Below are positions 38,330-48,222 of a stretch of DNA of 56,746 nt, in pieces; within the stretch, counting starts at the first letter, position 1; each line of letters opens with the position of its first letter. The stretch is taken from positions 1 to 56,746 of IMG/VR virus record IMGVR_UViG_3300031520_000193; one strand, given 5' to 3'. The position numbers and the translations under genes were made by a program. The DNA comes from a virus. Its lineage: Duplodnaviria; Caudoviricetes. A model generated the notes under the pieces. It saw only the letters and a program-made list of their open reading frames with translations. It was not told where the DNA came from and did no database searches.

Positions 38330-38980
38330 CTAGTCCGTGCCAAGCCCGACCGGCGGGGGGATTTTTGGTCCGACGCCTACGCTGAGCGTGATCCCTGGCA
38401 GGTCCACGCCCGCTCCGAGAGACGGGGTAACGCTCAAAACCGTAGCCACGATGGCGAACTGCGCGGTGGTGCGCGTCGTCGCGTAATTGACCGAGTAGAG
38501 CAGGTCGCGCCGGTAGACGCCTTGTCGCTGCTCGCTATCGTTCTGCGTTGAGCTGACGTAGGAAACCAAGCCCTGTGTGCCGTCCGGCAGCGCTAGACGG
38601 GACGTTGCGGCAAGCGCGGTGTCGATCGGCCCGGCAATGGCGTCGCGATGATCGGGACGCGATGCCCAGACGCTCACCTGAAATGTCCGGGTCTGGCGTC
38701 GCAGCTCGACAACGCCGCTTCCCGTGGTTCCATTATTGGTGGCCTCGATCCACTCACCATCACCCATAACAACGTCGGTGGTCTTGTCTCCTGGGCGGGG
38801 CCAAATCGAGACATGCACTTTGCCCGCCGCCAGATTGGCGTTGAGCGTGTCTACATCGGGCCAGCCCGGGTAGACAATAACCTGGTCGCCGCTGACTGAG
38901 GCCTGCCTAGTGCCATTGGGATAGACAGCCGCCGCCACCATCGCGACCAGCACGGTTCCCACATCCGACAGATCGGCCAT
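38330..38980 (-). CDS. Tail terminator, module A
   Basis: MADLSDV, YPNGT, GWP, YRRDL.Y.V.Y. Confidence 0.8.
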   Translation of the reverse strand: MADLSDVGTVLVAMVAAAVYPNGTRQASVSGDQVIVYPGWPDVDTLNANLAAGKVHVSIWPRPGDKTTDVVMGDGEWIEATNNGTTGSGVVELRRQTRTFQVSVWASRPDHRDAIAGPIDTALAATSRLALPDGTQGLVSYVSSTQNDSEQRQGVYRRDLLYSVNYATTRTTAQFAIVATVLSVTPSLGAGVDLPGITLSVGVGPKIPPPVGLGTD

Positions 38981-39328
38981 CTACGCCTCCAGCGTGCGGG
39001 CAGTCAGTCTGTAGCCAAGGGAATCCCAACCCGGCGCGAGCACTTGGTAGCGCGCTCCGACATCATCGGTGACGATATCTCGAGCCTTGATCGTGCCCAA
39101 GGCGCAAGTGGTCAGCGGAATGTATATGCTCCACAGCGGCACCGTGGCGTCGCCCGGCAATCCGGTCGGGTTAGGCGAGCCCTGCCGCTGCTGCTGAATG
39201 CTGGCAGGCAGTCCCGATACCACCACGGTTTCCGACGTTCGCGTCTGTCCGCCATAGCCTTGCGGGCCGACGCCGGACTGCGCGCCCGGACGGGCAATAC
39301 TGATCATGCGCGGGTAGATGAAGCTCAC
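38981..39328 (-). CDS. Head closure protein, module A
   Basis: GTGA overlap; DIVTDD.G.RY.V motif. Confidence 0.75.
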   Translation of the reverse strand: MSFIYPRMISIARPGAQSGVGPQGYGGQTRTSETVVVSGLPASIQQQRQGSPNPTGLPGDATVPLWSIYIPLTTCALGTIKARDIVTDDVGARYQVLAPGWDSLGYRLTARTLEA

Positions 39329-40230
39329 ACCGTCACCCGCGTACGGTATGACCACAGCAACGCTGCCGTGTCGCCGTCGATGTTGCGGTCGGAGAAGCGT
39401 TCCATTTTCGTACCGCCTGCCTGCACCACCCGATAAATCGAATTGGCGTCGACTTCCTGCGCAAGCGCTTTCAGCACGTTCGCGGTCGCCTGCTTGATTG
39501 CGGATGGTAGTGCGGCGGCGGAAAACCCGGCGATGTACCGAAGCCGCACTTCGGAGAAGGTTGCCAGCATGAGTCCTGGAGTGATCCAGCATTCGCCCGT
39601 AACTGCGCTCGTTGAGATATTCGCCACGTCTATCGGCTGCCATGATTGCGCAGCGCCAAGCGTTTGCAGATTCGCTAGGAGGTTGAGATCGTTGCCATAG
39701 CCGCCGGCCTGATCAGAGCGTCGACCATAGCCGTAGCGTCCGACAGCGGACAACAGTCCCGCAAGATTAGGTCGCGATACCCGCGCGATTGAGCGCCCGG
39801 CAGGCAGTGCCCGATCCTCAATGATCGCCAGCCCGCTTTCGAGCAGCGCGCCAGTCGCGTGCCCCTTGGCGACCCGCGCTAGCGTGATCGTGCCGGCGAC
39901 AGGATCAACGCCTACCACCGTCACGATCTCGCAAAGCGTGGCTTGCGCGCGGTCAAGCACGAATACTTCGCCTATCAAGTCGTAGCTGGCGAAGGGCAGG
40001 GCGACAACGACCCGCGCGCCTGGCGATACCGGCGCGGCAAGCGTCACCACCTGCGCGGGGCTGATCGCCGTCATGTAGGCGGGACGACCAAGCGAATCCG
40101 CCGCCCACACCAGCCCTTCCGGGCGATCAAGATAGTTGTCGATCAGTCCCGACGCGCGCCGGACCTGCGATGGCATTGCATCCGGGGCGTACTCCGCATA
40201 ATCGGCGGTTGCCAGATATTCGGATGGCAT
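39325..40230 (-). CDS. Head-tail adaptor (gp6/gp15-like, with insertion), module A
   Basis: YL...DY, AS.LID.YL.R, Y.AGF...LP.AIKQA. Confidence 0.75.
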   Translation of the reverse strand: MPSEYLATADYAEYAPDAMPSQVRRASGLIDNYLDRPEGLVWAADSLGRPAYMTAISPAQVVTLAAPVSPGARVVVALPFASYDLIGEVFVLDRAQATLCEIVTVVGVDPVAGTITLARVAKGHATGALLESGLAIIEDRALPAGRSIARVSRPNLAGLLSAVGRYGYGRRSDQAGGYGNDLNLLANLQTLGAAQSWQPIDVANISTSAVTGECWITPGLMLATFSEVRLRYIAGFSAAALPSAIKQATANVLKALAQEVDANSIYRVVQAGGTKMERFSDRNIDGDTAALLWSYRTRVTV

Positions 40231-40472
40231 CAGGCCGCCACGCGCCGAAACGGCAAGTGCAGCGCGGAAGCCTGTTTGGTCGCGGTTAGGTAGCGCCCGA
40301 CACTGCTGGGCACGATCGCCATGCCTTTCTTGTCAAAGGTGACCGCGATCATCCGTGGTGAACCGTCATGCTCCAGCCAATCGCTGTCGAAGCCCGCCGC
40401 CTGCGCGCGCGGGTCGGACGCGGGCGTCACGAACAGCGTGTGCGCCTTCCCGGTAGGGTGATACACTCGCAT
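40230..40472 (-). CDS. Small protein after capsid gene A
   Basis: GGAGG RBS; gene order. Confidence 0.7.
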   Translation of the reverse strand: MRVYHPTGKAHTLFVTPASDPRAQAAGFDSDWLEHDGSPRMIAVTFDKKGMAIVPSSVGRYLTATKQASALHLPFRRVAA

Positions 40473-40527
40473 TGCTCGCCTCCTGCTAGAAGCTGCGGGG
40501 GCGACCGCCAGATCGCCCCCGCGCGCA

Positions 40528-41556
40528 TCACTGCGCGACCACCGCCGGGCGAACCACGGCCACCACCGCGTGCGCGGAGTCGGGAGACTTCGCCACCACG
40601 GTCGTGAAGTGCACAGCCACGTACTGACCCTGCAATCCGCCCACGAGCCCCAGCTGGAAGATGCGCGGCTTCAGGTTGCCGTCCTCGCCGTAGACAACGG
40701 GGCGCTCGATCATGCTTTCGGTCACGATCACGGCGAAGTAGTTGCTGTTGCCCTGCCCCGGAGCCACGAACCCATAGCTGGTATCCGTGGTCGCGCCGAT
40801 GAAAGGATCGCCGATCAGCGGCAGCAATCCTGCTTGCGTGTTAAGTGCGGTGACGGTGACGCCCGCCGCGACCTCGACGTTCCGCAGGTCGATATGCGCC
40901 GCCTTCGCCTCGCGGTCGATCAGGTCGGCAAGGATCGGGTTGCAGTAGATCGCGGTCGGGCGCGGCGACTTGAGCGGGTTGGCATACATCGCCGCCACCT
41001 TCGCCTTGAGGCCATCGACGATCGACGCCCCCATCCCGATCGTGGTCTGGTTCGTGATTTGCGTCATCAGACCGCAGAACGAAGGCGTGGCGCTGTCGGT
41101 GATGGCCGTAGCGGTGCCGTTCCAGCACGCCGCGGCCTCAACGAGGACGACGCCCGCGATCACATCTTCTATGTCCTTGGCGGCGACGTATGCGAACTGC
41201 TTTTGCATCTGCGTCACGTCGTGATCGAACAGGCCGAAGTTGACCTGCGCGACCACCGCCTTGATGTAGGCTGCGCGCTCCACGCGGGTCGGGCCAGTCG
41301 CGACGGGAGCGAGCGCGCGCGGGTCGCTGAAGTTCGCCCCCGAGATCGCGGTCTGTTCGAAGAAGCGATGCGGATGGCCGGTGGCGGGCGTCTCGCCGAC
41401 ACGGGTGAGAAACACGGAGTCGCGGCGCATGATGTCCACGATCTCGGTTTCATAGCGGTTCACCTCGATCGCGCCGTTGCCGAGATAATCGGCGCTGGCT
41501 TTAATACTTACGATTTGCGGCGTCGACTTGGGGAGCGCCCCGGCTGCGATATTCAT
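40528..41556 (-). CDS. Major capsid protein A (HK97-fold)
   Basis: GGAGGT RBS; follows scaffold; F.GL..QI, PTAIYCNP; 342 aa. Confidence 0.85.
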   Translation of the reverse strand: MNIAAGALPKSTPQIVSIKASADYLGNGAIEVNRYETEIVDIMRRDSVFLTRVGETPATGHPHRFFEQTAISGANFSDPRALAPVATGPTRVERAAYIKAVVAQVNFGLFDHDVTQMQKQFAYVAAKDIEDVIAGVVLVEAAACWNGTATAITDSATPSFCGLMTQITNQTTIGMGASIVDGLKAKVAAMYANPLKSPRPTAIYCNPILADLIDREAKAAHIDLRNVEVAAGVTVTALNTQAGLLPLIGDPFIGATTDTSYGFVAPGQGNSNYFAVIVTESMIERPVVYGEDGNLKPRIFQLGLVGGLQGQYVAVHFTTVVAKSPDSAHAVVAVVRPAVVAQ

Positions 41557-41589
41557 GTTAATGACCTCCTGGAAAGTTGGGGCGTCGGA

Positions 41590-42963
41590 TCAGTCGATCA
41601 TGCCATCGGCATAAAGTTCGGCCTTCTTGCGAAGACGATCGGAGATCGACATGCCGGCCATGACCTTGTCGAGCGTTTCGCCGCCGATCTTCTTGCCGTC
41701 GGTTGGGGCCTCAACCCCCGCCTTGGCGAGCAGCGCGCCGATCTGCGGCGAAACCGTCTTGCGCTCGGGCGGGACGGTGGCGTCGCGCGCGGCGGCGATG
41801 CCGGTCTCGAGTTTGGTGGTCAGGTCGGCGACCCGCGCTTCCAAGGCGGTCACCTTGGGGTCGGCGACAGGGATAACGCTCGCGACCGGCTCGGCGCTGG
41901 CGTACATGCCGGAACCGTAGTCGGTGTCGCGGTAGATGTTCGGCATCGAGCCGCCCATTGCCTCGGCTTCCATGTTGTCCGCCATCCGGTGAAGGATTGC
42001 GGCATGGCCGCGCGTGGCGTGCGCGCCGATGCCTGCCGCCTTCATGTCGTCCGCCGTCGAGCGCAGCTTGTCCGCGAAGGGCGCGACCTTGGCCTGCAAT
42101 TCCTTGCCCGCCTCGATTTTGCCGGTCAGCTCCGTTTGACCGGCCTCCAGCGCGGTGATCTTGGCGGTCACGGGGGCGAGCGCGGAAGCGAGTACGGTTT
42201 CCAGTTCTTCCTTGGTCATCTCAATATCTCCGGCCGCCGATGCGGCAAGTGAGGTTGTGGTGTAGGCTGCCTTGAGCTTTTTCAGGATCGCGGCACCGGT
42301 GAACACGCAGGCGGTGATGATCAGGGGGTCGCCATCAAGGCTTTCGACATGGATCTGTTGAGCCTCGAAACTGAAGCCCAGTACGTTCTTGTCGCGCTTG
42401 ATGGTCGCGGCTTCCGCTGGAAAATCGCTCGCGTAGATGAAGCCCTCGATATTTAGGTCGAGGTTTTCGATGGTAGCGCCGGTAATGACGCCGATCTTCT
42501 GCCGGACGTCGTGCCCGTCAAACTCAGGAGTGAAGTCGACCGCCATGCCCAGCAGGCTCGGCAGCGCTTCCTCGGCGGCGGCGGCCGTCATTAGGACACG
42601 CTTGCCGTTTGAACCATGCGGGGCAACCGTGCTCGGCTCGTCCAGCTTCACTAGCACGCCGGCGAACGGCATCTTGTTCGGATGGTCGCCGACGTCCGGC
42701 ATTTCCAGCGCCATCGCTTGAAGCTGGAGGTTGTCGATGTGATCGTAGGTGTCGGTGGCGATACCCATTTCGCGCGCCTTCGCCAGGATGCGCAAGCGAC
42801 CGTCGGTTCGCTCCTCCGGTGACAGCCCTGCGACGCGCCCGATCTGGCTCCATCCCATTCGCAGGTGCCGCTCATCGATAAGCGGCAGGGCGCGCTTGTC
42901 GGGAACCGCGAAGTCCTCGGGCGGTATGGCGCGCCGCTCCGCCTTGGTCAGTGACGCGCCCAT
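41590..42963 (-). CDS. Prohead protease/scaffold A with N-terminal DUF6582-like domain
   Basis: ER..IP.EDFAVP.KR.LPL.D..H; DGH..KIG.I, LGFSFE, FTGAAIL; coiled-coil C-terminus. Confidence 0.8.
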   Translation of the reverse strand: MGASLTKAERRAIPPEDFAVPDKRALPLIDERHLRMGWSQIGRVAGLSPEERTDGRLRILAKAREMGIATDTYDHIDNLQLQAMALEMPDVGDHPNKMPFAGVLVKLDEPSTVAPHGSNGKRVLMTAAAAEEALPSLLGMAVDFTPEFDGHDVRQKIGVITGATIENLDLNIEGFIYASDFPAEAATIKRDKNVLGFSFEAQQIHVESLDGDPLIITACVFTGAAILKKLKAAYTTTSLAASAAGDIEMTKEELETVLASALAPVTAKITALEAGQTELTGKIEAGKELQAKVAPFADKLRSTADDMKAAGIGAHATRGHAAILHRMADNMEAEAMGGSMPNIYRDTDYGSGMYASAEPVASVIPVADPKVTALEARVADLTTKLETGIAAARDATVPPERKTVSPQIGALLAKAGVEAPTDGKKIGGETLDKVMAGMSISDRLRKKAELYADGMID

Positions 42964-42967
42964 GTGC

Positions 42968-43531
42968 TTAGAGGTGTTCGCGAACAAGGGTGAGAACTTC
43001 ACCCATCTCGCCGTCGAGATCGCCGGTGATCATGCTGGCGAAGTGTTTGAATTCGGCCCATTTGAGATCGAGCTGGTTAACCAGGCCATCGTAATTGCGC
43101 TTAGGCGCTTCGGAGACGATGTTCTTAGTCTTGTCGTCATGCACGTCTTGCAGGTTGGCACCGCCCGGTTTGGTGGGGATTACCGCGTCGGTCAAACGCT
43201 TGTCCGACGCCGGGCTCGGTTGACCGGTATCGATCGTCAGCGGCTGCGAGACCGTCGCGGCGGTTGTCGCGGTGTCCGGCAGCGAGCCGAGCGGCTGCTT
43301 GGGATCATCGACGGTCAGCGTGGTCGCCGCTAGCGGAACGGCGTCTTTGGGTACGCGCGCGTCAAGGTCCGACAGTCCGGCATCGTGGCCAGTGTCATGC
43401 GTCGGCGCTGCGGCTCCAGATGCGATTACGTCGCGCCCGGCTGCGGGATCGATGTTGGTGCCGTTCGCGTCGCTGGGCGGCGCGGTGTTCTCTTCGGTCG
43501 GCTCTTCGGTGGTGGGGTTTTTCGAGGCCAT
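42968..43531 (-). CDS. Hypothetical acidic low-complexity head-region protein
   Basis: AGGAG RBS, ATG 43531. Confidence 0.7.
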   Translation of the reverse strand: MASKNPTTEEPTEENTAPPSDANGTNIDPAAGRDVIASGAAAPTHDTGHDAGLSDLDARVPKDAVPLAATTLTVDDPKQPLGSLPDTATTAATVSQPLTIDTGQPSPASDKRLTDAVIPTKPGGANLQDVHDDKTKNIVSEAPKRNYDGLVNQLDLKWAEFKHFASMITGDLDGEMGEVLTLVREHL

Positions 43532-43541
43532 GTCGGTACTC

Positions 43542-43847
43542 CTAGGCAAGGATGAGCAGATCGAACGTACCCGCCACAAGCGTGGAGGTCGCTAAGCGGG
43601 GAGCTAGGTTCACGGTCAGCACGCCGCCGGGGCGGGTGATGTAACAGGTGGCGTCCTGACTCGGCGCGGCGAACACCATTGCGTTTGGCGGGAGGTTGAG
43701 CGACCCGAGCGGGACGACGACGGCGGCACCCGCGCCGCTACCGGCCGGGTTCGCCAGGCTCTTGCGCATGTAGACGAGTAGCCGATCGCCGAATGCGATC
43801 GGGTCGGAACCGGCGATCACGTCGACGGTGTGGAGGTTTTGCGCCAT
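43542..43847 (-). CDS. Small beta-rich head-associated protein (decoration-like)
   Basis: Lies between portal and protease; beta-strand pattern. Confidence 0.6.
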   Translation of the reverse strand: MAQNLHTVDVIAGSDPIAFGDRLLVYMRKSLANPAGSGAGAAVVVPLGSLNLPPNAMVFAAPSQDATCYITRPGGVLTVNLAPRLATSTLVAGTFDLLILA

Positions 43848-43864
43848 GTTCTCATGTCTCCTGG

Positions 43865-45193
43865 TTACGGTCGGGACCGCGCCGGGCTCGGCAGCGGCAG
43901 CCCGCGAGGAAGGTCGGCGTCCAACACCCTGTCGGTCCCGCGCGCGGCGTTGAGCGCAACCTGCGTATCGGCGTAAGTCAACTGCCCCCATGGGTTGTCA
44001 GCCGGTGGCAGGCCGATCAGCCGGCGATATTCGTCCGGGACAACCGCGTTGTTCTTGTACCGGGTCTCGTAGGTTTTCGATTGCAGGTCCTCATCGACCC
44101 GATCCAGTCCGATGAACCGGAAGCGTAGCTGGTGAAACCCGAGACGCCGATGGATCGCCTGCCGCGTTAGGTAGAATGCCAGCTCCACTGCCCTAGGCTT
44201 AATCGCTTGGTCCCAGTCTCGTTCTTGCGACACTTGTCCGGTTGAGCGGTTGACATCGCGCTCGACCCCGAGATTCTGCGGCGACAGATCGAACGACGTG
44301 GCGATTTCCGATTTCAGGAAGTCCTGATATTTGAGGTACAAAGCGTTATCCCCATCGGGATAGAGTCGCATTACCTCGGCACCTTTTGAGCCGATAATGG
44401 GCGTCTTGCCTTGGCCTTCGATCTCATTGGTCCAATAGGACCGGAACGCCAGTGCGGACTCTGCATCCGCTCCTTCGCCCATGCCGATCATGATTGACGG
44501 CTTGGCGTTCGCTGCGACGTTGCTGGCGAACTCACCGACCCCGAGCTGCCGGCTGATCGACAGAAACGCGACTTCCAGCGGCGCAAGCCCGAACGGCGTT
44601 GCGGTCGTCGGGTTGGGCCGGATGTAGATCAACTCGTCGTCGCGAAGCGGGATGGTGTTGCCAACCGCTCCATATCCGCCACCGCCAAGCTGCTGCGCGT
44701 AGCGGGCCTCATCGGGCGCTCCAGTCCACCCTGGATAGATTTGGATCGACAGCCCATCGACCGGCCACATCCAGAGCGGTCGTAGCCGGTCGCCACTGAC
44801 CCGTGTCTCGATCGCGCCGCCACTGATCAACGTGTCCTCAAGCGCCTGCTCGATCAACGTCCCGAAGCTGTCGTCATGGTTGGGCTGGGCGAAGCAATAG
44901 GTCGCGACCTCGATCTGACGTTCCAGTTCGGACGAGAGGTCTACACCCGGGATTGTCACGATCTCCCATTCCAGCATCTTCACCGGGTTCTTGATCGCGT
45001 TGATCGCACGCCGGGCGTAAGGCGTTTTCGAGAAATGCCGCAGGTTCTTGGTGGTCGGCTTGATGATTGTTTTCTGACCCGGCCGAGCCTGACCGAGCCG
45101 CTGGACTGCGGGATATGCTCCGCTGTCACGCCGGGGTTCGGCGGGCCGACGGCCAATACGTAGTATTTTACGTATGCTATCACCTAAAGCCAT
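43865..45193 (-). CDS. Portal protein (the only one in the window)
   Basis: PN..DSF, MWPVDG, YIRPNP....FGLAPLE, IA.SFDLSPQ.LG, PDEYR..IGLPP. Confidence 0.9.
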   Translation of the reverse strand: MALGDSIRKILRIGRRPAEPRRDSGAYPAVQRLGQARPGQKTIIKPTTKNLRHFSKTPYARRAINAIKNPVKMLEWEIVTIPGVDLSSELERQIEVATYCFAQPNHDDSFGTLIEQALEDTLISGGAIETRVSGDRLRPLWMWPVDGLSIQIYPGWTGAPDEARYAQQLGGGGYGAVGNTIPLRDDELIYIRPNPTTATPFGLAPLEVAFLSISRQLGVGEFASNVAANAKPSIMIGMGEGADAESALAFRSYWTNEIEGQGKTPIIGSKGAEVMRLYPDGDNALYLKYQDFLKSEIATSFDLSPQNLGVERDVNRSTGQVSQERDWDQAIKPRAVELAFYLTRQAIHRRLGFHQLRFRFIGLDRVDEDLQSKTYETRYKNNAVVPDEYRRLIGLPPADNPWGQLTYADTQVALNAARGTDRVLDADLPRGLPLPSPARSRP

Positions 45194-45217
45194 GCGCCAA
45201 GACTCCTTTGCACCGGA

Positions 45218-46672
45218 TCAGGCGAAGACGAACTTTCGTCCACCTCCGCCATGACTGAGGTAGTTCAGAGCCTGCGACGTGGAGTCCACGTCATCGTCAT
45301 GTGCCGCAGTCGGAAACCCCGCGAGCGATGTGATGTAGTCCGCAACCCAAGGTGCGCCGTCCGGCAGATGAACAAGGCCTGCCTGAATTAGCGGTGTCAC
45401 CGCATTTGCTCGGGATACTTTGTCACTATCTACCTTGATTGGGATCATGGGTAGCTTCGTCTCGCGCTGCATTTCTTGTAGTAGTGACTGACCCGACGCC
45501 TTATCCTCGACAAGGATGGCATTAGGTTGGTACTTATTGCTTAATGATGCTACAATGCGCTTGAGTTCAGGAAACTCGACCCGTTCTTTCCATAAGTGGA
45601 TCAGATAGTATCCGCTCTCGGTTTCCGCCCACGTCGTGCATACTGAGTAGTCATTCGTGGACTTGGTTTTAAACGCCGTGTCCCAGCTCTGCACTATGCG
45701 TTTAACTGGTGGGAGCGCGGCGGGATTGTAATACTTCCACCAATCAATCTTGAATATCCCACCCTCACGCGGCGCTGGGCGTTGCTGGAGCTGTCCCGCC
45801 GCGCCATACGGCCCAAGCGCGGTTTCCAGCCTGGAGACTTCCGTCTCACCTTGCCGGGCAGGCCATAGCAACTCGCCATGCTCGCGCCGGGGGTCACGCG
45901 CCCAGACATGGGGGTGGTCGGACTCGTATCGGGCCGGGAGGCAAAGGTGCGTCCAGTCCGCGCCCGCCCGCTCAAGAATGTGACCGACCAAATCCTGTTC
46001 GTGCAGGCGCTGCATGATGACGACATACGCGCCGGTTTTTGCATCGTTTAGGCGGGTCGACATCACGTCGTCCCACCAACTCGTCACGGCCTTGCGCGCG
46101 TTCTGATTGCCCGCTTCACTCGCCGAAAGCGGATCGTCCACCAGCACCACGTCGCCGCCTTCGCCGGTGGTTGTGCCGTCGACCGATGTTGCGATGCGAT
46201 AGCCGTGGTGATCGTTTTCAAACCTGATCTTGGTGTTCTGGTCCGACGTGAAAGCGAACTGCCCGCCCCAATTACGCTGATACCAAGGCGATTCGATCAA
46301 GCGACGACATTTCACGCTGTCGCGGATCGAAAGGCTATGCGCGTAGGAGCTGGCGAGGAACCGGACCTTGGGACCCATCAGCGGAGCGGCGGCATCGTTC
46401 TGAGCCCACGTCCAAGCTGGCCATGCTACAGATACCGCGATCGACTTCATGTGGCGGGGCGGGATGTTGATGATCAGTCGGCGAATGTCGCCCCGGTTTA
46501 CTGCTTCTAGGTGTTCGGCGATGGCGTCAATATGCCAGTTCGGGATGTAAGTTGCCGGATCAATATAGCGCCAGCCTAGCCGAATGAAATCAGCTAACGA
46601 CCGCTGTGCCATCGCCCGCTGAATAGCTTCAATCGACGGAAGGGGCGGGAGCTTCTGAGCCGAGTTTGCCAA
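45218..46672 (-). CDS. terL: Terminase large subunit
   Basis: INIPPRHMKS Walker A-like motif, VDDP, SWDTA, EDKASG, HDDDVD nuclease motif. Confidence 0.96.
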   Translation of the reverse strand: MANSAQKLPPLPSIEAIQRAMAQRSLADFIRLGWRYIDPATYIPNWHIDAIAEHLEAVNRGDIRRLIINIPPRHMKSIAVSVAWPAWTWAQNDAAAPLMGPKVRFLASSYAHSLSIRDSVKCRRLIESPWYQRNWGGQFAFTSDQNTKIRFENDHHGYRIATSVDGTTTGEGGDVVLVDDPLSASEAGNQNARKAVTSWWDDVMSTRLNDAKTGAYVVIMQRLHEQDLVGHILERAGADWTHLCLPARYESDHPHVWARDPRREHGELLWPARQGETEVSRLETALGPYGAAGQLQQRPAPREGGIFKIDWWKYYNPAALPPVKRIVQSWDTAFKTKSTNDYSVCTTWAETESGYYLIHLWKERVEFPELKRIVASLSNKYQPNAILVEDKASGQSLLQEMQRETKLPMIPIKVDSDKVSRANAVTPLIQAGLVHLPDGAPWVADYITSLAGFPTAAHDDDVDSTSQALNYLSHGGGGRKFVFA

Positions 46673-47051
46673 GAATCGCCTCCAATTGACGGAGGTCGTC
46701 GAGCGGGAGCGCGTCTAACATAAAGACCGACTCTGTCGCTATCGGCTTGCCTTCCGCGCCAGTGAGTTCGTGGGTAGTTGTTTCTTTCCAACGCGCCCGT
46801 GTCTTCATCCAGAAGATCATCGAGGCAACATCGCCGGACATGGCCTTTTTGTACAGCGTTCCCGCGACTTTCGAGTTAGCCTTCAACCCACCGGTATCCA
46901 ACTCGCGGCGGAAGTGACGATCCAGCGTGTCGACCGAGCAGTCAAGCAGGATAGCTATCTGTTCCTGTGTGTTGCCCGTGGCGGTGTAAATTTCCACCTG
47001 CCGTCGTTGTTCATCGGTGGCTATGAACCTTGACTTTCCCTTGGCTGGCAT
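46629..47051 (-). CDS. terS: Terminase small subunit
   Basis: HTH-like QEQIA..L..S.DTL..HF.REL, IFW.KTR..W.E; overlaps terL. Confidence 0.85.
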   Translation of the reverse strand: MPAKGKSRFIATDEQRRQVEIYTATGNTQEQIAILLDCSVDTLDRHFRRELDTGGLKANSKVAGTLYKKAMSGDVASMIFWMKTRARWKETTTHELTGAEGKPIATESVFMLDALPLDDLRQLEAILGKLGSEAPAPSVD

Positions 47052-47228
47052 TTGGGAGCCTCTCAATCGCTCGCACGGGTTCACAGTTGATAACCACTGC
47101 TGCCCGTATTCTTTCCAGAACTGCTCAGTTGTCGGGCAGTTGTTCTATTGAAGCGCGCTGTTACAAAACATTTGACGGCCAAGACTACGATTTTGCACAA
47201 TCGCTCCGCCACCAACGAAAGGCTAATC

Positions 47229-48047
47229 ATGTCAGAACTTATCGCAGCTCGACGCTCCACCGCGATCGAGTGGACCGAACACACCTGGAACCCGTTCGTC
47301 GGCTGCTCCCGCGCCAGCGATGGTTGCCGGAACTGCTATGCCGAGCGCATGGCCGGGCAGCTCGAGGCGATGGGCAAGCCCGCATATCGCGGACTCACTC
47401 GCAAGGGCAAGTGGACCGGTCAGCTCAACCGCAGCACCGACGCCACCATGCGCAAGCCGCTTACCTTCCGCGACCCGGCGGTCTTTTTCGTCAACTCCAT
47501 GTCCGACTTCTGGCACCCGAATGGCGATGATGCCTGGCGGGCGGAAGCCCTCGACATCATGGCCGCGACGTCGCGTCATACGTATCAGGTCCTGACCAAA
47601 CGCCCCGAGCTGGTCGCTGAGACGCTGGGCCGCATGGGACGAACAGTCCCCGAAAACGTCTGGCTCGGGGCTACGGTTGAGGACGGGCGGGTTGCCGACC
47701 GTATCGCCCATGTGGCGCGCTTCCCATCGCGGGTCCGGTTTCTGTCGGTGGAGCCGATCGTGCATCGGTTCGGACAGCAAGACTTGGGCGGGATCAACTG
47801 GATCATCACCGGCGGGGAGAGCGGAGCTGGAGCTCGCCCGCTGGAACCGGACTGGGTTCGCGAGGTCCGCGATCAATGCACCGCGGGGGATATCCCGCTT
47901 TTCCATAAGCAGTGGGGAGCGTACCGCAACAACCCTCTGGTCTGTGAGCAACGCCTGTCGATCGCCGAAGCGCAGCGGCTTGACCGGCACGGCAAGGGCG
48001 GCGGGCTGCTCGACGGGAGACTCTGGCGCGAAATGCCTCGCGCCTGA
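47229..48047 (+). CDS. DUF5131 (phage Gp37/Gp68) family protein
   Basis: IEWT..TWNP..GC...S.GC.NCYAE, FVNSMSD, LTKRP, FLS.EP, GGESG, FHKQWG. Confidence 0.92.
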   Translation: MSELIAARRSTAIEWTEHTWNPFVGCSRASDGCRNCYAERMAGQLEAMGKPAYRGLTRKGKWTGQLNRSTDATMRKPLTFRDPAVFFVNSMSDFWHPNGDDAWRAEALDIMAATSRHTYQVLTKRPELVAETLGRMGRTVPENVWLGATVEDGRVADRIAHVARFPSRVRFLSVEPIVHRFGQQDLGGINWIITGGESGAGARPLEPDWVREVRDQCTAGDIPLFHKQWGAYRNNPLVCEQRLSIAEAQRLDRHGKGGGLLDGRLWREMPRA

Positions 48048-48074
48048 ACGGCGGCGGGCCCGGCTCGCCTATCG

Positions 48075-48222
48075 CCATTAACAGCGGGTTCGTCCAACCG
48101 AACTCCCGGATCGACGCGGCGATCTGTGCAACCTGTTCGTCGGAATGCGTTCGGCTGTTGCGAGCGAACGGCCTCAACTCGATGACGGACCGCTGGATAA
48201 TTTTTATAGGTCCGCTATTCAT
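48075..48222 (-). pseudogene. Truncated ParB/Srx N-terminal domain
   Basis: L.P.ARNSRTHSDEQVAQIAASIREFGWTNPLL, after which similarity is lost. Confidence 0.75.

Noticed and set aside
40570-42252. 560-aa plus-strand ORF, and similar long ORFs such as 20513-21595, 22113-22958 and 48158-48997
   Set aside because: Antisense shadows of recognisable genes in high-GC DNA, with no motifs of their own
6058-46672. Tandem duplication as the explanation for two structural sets
   Set aside because: The equivalent proteins belong to different families and show no visible sequence similarity
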